A DNA stretch of 64,000 nucleotides from Azolla caroliniana (Eukaryota; Plantae; Polypodiophyta). A program made the translations under genes and the position numbers. The stretch covers positions 16,430,001-16,494,000 of the forward strand of contig JBHGNT010000010.1 in the NCBI GenBank assembly GCA_043228905.1, given 5' to 3'. Shown one piece after another: positions 60,648 to 64,000 of the stretch (positions are counted from its first letter, which is position 1; every line of letters starts with the position of its first letter). The notes beneath the pieces were generated by a model. That model searched no databases. It saw only the letters and a list, made by a program, of their open reading frames with translations, and was not told the origin of the DNA.

Positions 60648-63600
60648 TTTCCCTCTGCTATTTTTTCTTTCTCCTTTCCATATCTAGAGCTTTGGTAGCT
60701 GACCTTTTCTCTTTGTTTTGCATGGACATTTTTTTTTCCCTTTTCCTTTCTTTAACAACATCTTGGAAATCAGTAAGTCACAACTAGAATTGTTTGTTTT
60801 GTGATAGTAGCATGAGATGATCTTACATGGTCCTTGTCTATCGTATTTTTTATCCATGTTTTGTATGCTCTTTTCTTCGTCATACTTTTCCATTTTCATA
60901 CAAGGGGTCTTTGACATTATTTCCCTCTTTTGTCACATTTGTGGTAGTTGCATTTATAAGATAGATTAGGATTCTCTTGTTTGTTTCTGTATGTGCTGTA
61001 TAGATTTTTTGTTTTTGAATCAGCTAGATCAGATCAAGAAAACTGTGTGTTTTCCGCCTTCTGACCATTTTTTGTAATGGTACAATTTTATATGAGCGCA
61101 TATAATCGTTCTTCTGTTTGCATGCCTTGTGATATAAGAGCCAAGCAATAATATGCTAGATAAATCGTCTTTCTTGAAGCTTGAAGCTAAATCCTGTGAA
61201 CTAAGCTTTCCCCCCCCATGCTGATTATGTAGTGTGATGGGTGATGAACTAACTATATGAGCGGATAGACATTTTCTTACACGGTTGTTTGAGAACTGTT
61301 TGAAAAACTCACCTACAAACATTTGTTAAGAAAATTTTCTTCCATATGTTGGTTTCTTTGCGTCTGGTTATTTTATGATGGTAGCATTATGATCATTTAT
61401 CTCGGAATAAATTCTGTTGCAACTATTGATAATGCACAAGAAGCTGAGCGAAACGTACTACATAGTTTTGCAGTACAAAGTAAAATTATATCAAAGCTTT
61501 TGTGCAAACTAATAATTTTATTTAAAAGTAATTGCATACAGGAGGAACCTAGCTTTAGATTCCCCCTTCTGAATAAATTTTTGCACAGTATTTTGAGTAT
61601 AACGTATAAATTATAGCAAGAACATGAAATCATTTTGTCTGCAAATAAATTATAAGACTGCATATTGTAGCTGTGCTGATTAGTCTTCGCGTAGATCTTG
61701 CATGTAGAGAGCACGGTTTTTAATATAGCACATAGTTTAAAAAAAAATCAAATTTTGCATGCAGATAGCACGGTTTTTAATATAACACATAGTTTCAAAA
61801 AATAAATCTATCAGACAGATTCATGATAAAACGAAGCTTCTCAATGTAAGTACAAACACCAAGGACCATAATTGTTTTAATCCTGAATGTAGATCACTAT
61901 GCAGCAGTTAATGGAAATTGCCTCTATAGGCTTAAGACGTCAAATGCACGACTTAAAACCTGAACAGAAGTTCTCTAGCAATTTGAAGGGGGTGAATTGG
62001 TCCTTCAGTTTGTTGATTTTTGACTGTTCTTCCCATGCAAGATTATTGACTCTCTCAGATAAATATATGAAGTTCTTCTCCCTCACCAATGCTAAAATGA
62101 ATTTACAGTGGAAAATATGATCTCATTATATTGGGAAGTTAACCTATTTTCTGGTGTCGAAATAGTTAACTTCACGTGTAGTCTCTTGGAGTACTAAACC
62201 ATGCGTCTCTGGTTTGGGGGATCAAGGTACATCTGCATGTATCCTACAACATCCTTATTTCGATTGACTTTGCCCTTCCATTTGCGTAAATGTTTTCTTT
62301 TTGTTTCCTTTACATATTATATTTATAAGTTCAAATGCTTGTTTTCCTCTCCTGAAGTAACATCCCTTTGCCAACAAACCTACAAAGTGTTGCAATTTGT
62401 GAGTATTGTATAGCTCAATAGCAACCAAAGATTGTATCAATTACATATATTGCTAAAGAACTCATATCATTAAATATTACCTTATGTTATACCTTGGATG
62501 TTGAATAATGGATCCGAAGAAGAGAGATTAACCTCACCAATAGAGCCTTCACAGCCTCTCAAGATGCCATAATGAAGGGGATAGCTAGTCACTTCTATAT
62601 TGCTCAATACCTAAGGCACCCAAACCACTATGTGCTCCCACATGTCATAGGTCCAGATGGGCTAGTCTCAGTTCCTTTGATAACTGGTTTCCTGACCATC
62701 CTTCCCTCAACCCATTAATATTAGCTACAGAATTGGTCGATAAGGTTAAGCCTATAACAGAAGGTCTACTTATAAGAGGATATGCATTTGATCAATGAAA
62801 AATGTCATTCTTTCTGTTCTTTCTTTAGTTGAATTGACTAGGGACTCAGATATCTTAATTAAACCCTAGCTAGCTCAACAAGCGTTTAATGGTATCAAAA
62901 AATAAAAAAGGTCTTATATGCCAAGTTGTTGCTGCTTATGGGCTTTGAGGAATCTAGTCATTTGATTATTATCTACATGGAATCTAAAAAGAAAGAAAAC
63001 CTATAGAGAAGAGGGCATTGAATACTGAAACAAGGACAATTGGCATTTATCAAGGAACTCTAATGTGTACTCAGTTCCTCTATATGATAGAATGAAAGCT
63101 CTTTGCATTTTTATGCATGTTTTTGTATTGTGTATTTTTACCATATTTGTTATTTTTGTGTTCCCTCTCTCTGTTTTGTGGATTTTTTTACTGGTCTTAT
63201 GAAGTATACACACATCTATATGTATTTCAGGATTTCGTTGAAGTAAGATAAGGGAATAGCAATTAATGCATTAAAATCTCTATCCTGCCAAGTATTTTTG
63301 GCAAGATTATGTGTTTGGAAACCATTGCAAATCCATCCTTACTGGTGATATGTACGAAAAACTTGAATAGGATTGTTCGAATCCAACTCCATCCTTCCAA
63401 TTAAACTTCACTATTCCATCCTTACTGTGCAGGATGAATCCTTGACCTCGTTTTTACTTATTGCTAATAATAAATATATCCTGAACTGTTAACATTCGTA
63501 GAGTACATTATTGGACTGTTGACAAGATTAAGGGCTCTGGAAACTTATCGACTATTTCAATTTTCTAATAGATCGAGGGCCCTGGAAACTTCCTTCAAGA

Positions 63601-63947
63601 AGTGCATGGCAAGACAGCTGAGAAGCTAGAATTTATGGCTCATCATAGAGGCCCTTACAAGTTCTGTTTTAGGACTACTTCAGTATACACAGAAACGGTG
63701 GATTTTGATGTGCATATTGGTCATATTCCTTATTATGACCAGAAGTTACAAGATGGTAATATGAACGTTTTCTAAAACTTAAGTGACTTGAAGCAATGTG
63801 TATGAAAATACTGATTTTTTAAATGAAAATGCTGTACAGATCACATTGATCCTTTGATGCATCAAATTGCTAAACTTGAAGAGTCCATATATTCAGTACA
63901 GTTTGAGCAACATTGGCTTTATGCACAAACAGAACGCCAGGCCATAT
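60325..63947 (+). CDS. Transmembrane emp24/p24 (GOLD domain) protein, p24beta2-like, 3'-partial; exons approx. 60325-60546, 63572-63755, 63840-63947
   Basis: Signal peptide, then VRFVLSKEECF...GDLVHVSFVVI, IEGPG...GPYKFCF...ETVDFDVHIGH and HIDPLMHQIAKLEESIYSVQFEQHWLYAQTERQAI. GT-AG junctions keep the frame. The gene continues past the window. Confidence 0.92.
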
Positions 63948-64000
63948 GTAAGTTTTCAACATATCCTTGATCTTTTATCGTGTAAGTTTTGATATATGTT

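Overview
Eukaryotic land-plant nuclear DNA: AT-rich, GT-AG introns, many (GA)n/(CA)n/(TA)n microsatellites. A seed-free plant such as a fern is my guess from sequence style and is unverified. Seven host genes can be supported: a COR27/28-like gene (5' end outside the window), an IQD calmodulin-binding protein, a TDY-type group D MAP kinase, an OB-fold SOSS-B/SSB1 homolog, FHA+PIN PS1 (Parallel Spindle 1)-like, a small uncharacterised protein preceded by a 71-codon upstream ORF, and p24beta/emp24 (3' end outside the window). From about 43.2 to 59.5 kb there is a transposon nest of four Copia pieces, a 5'-truncated L1-type LINE with target-site duplication, and a 946-bp solo LTR. The most unusual observations are: (i) that solo LTR carries three tRNA-like A-box/B-box Pol III cassettes; (ii) an RTEX-like LINE 3' end sits inside a (GA)n microsatellite in a MAPK intron; (iii) the candidate peptide uORF. 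All exon boundaries were read by eye and no database search was run.
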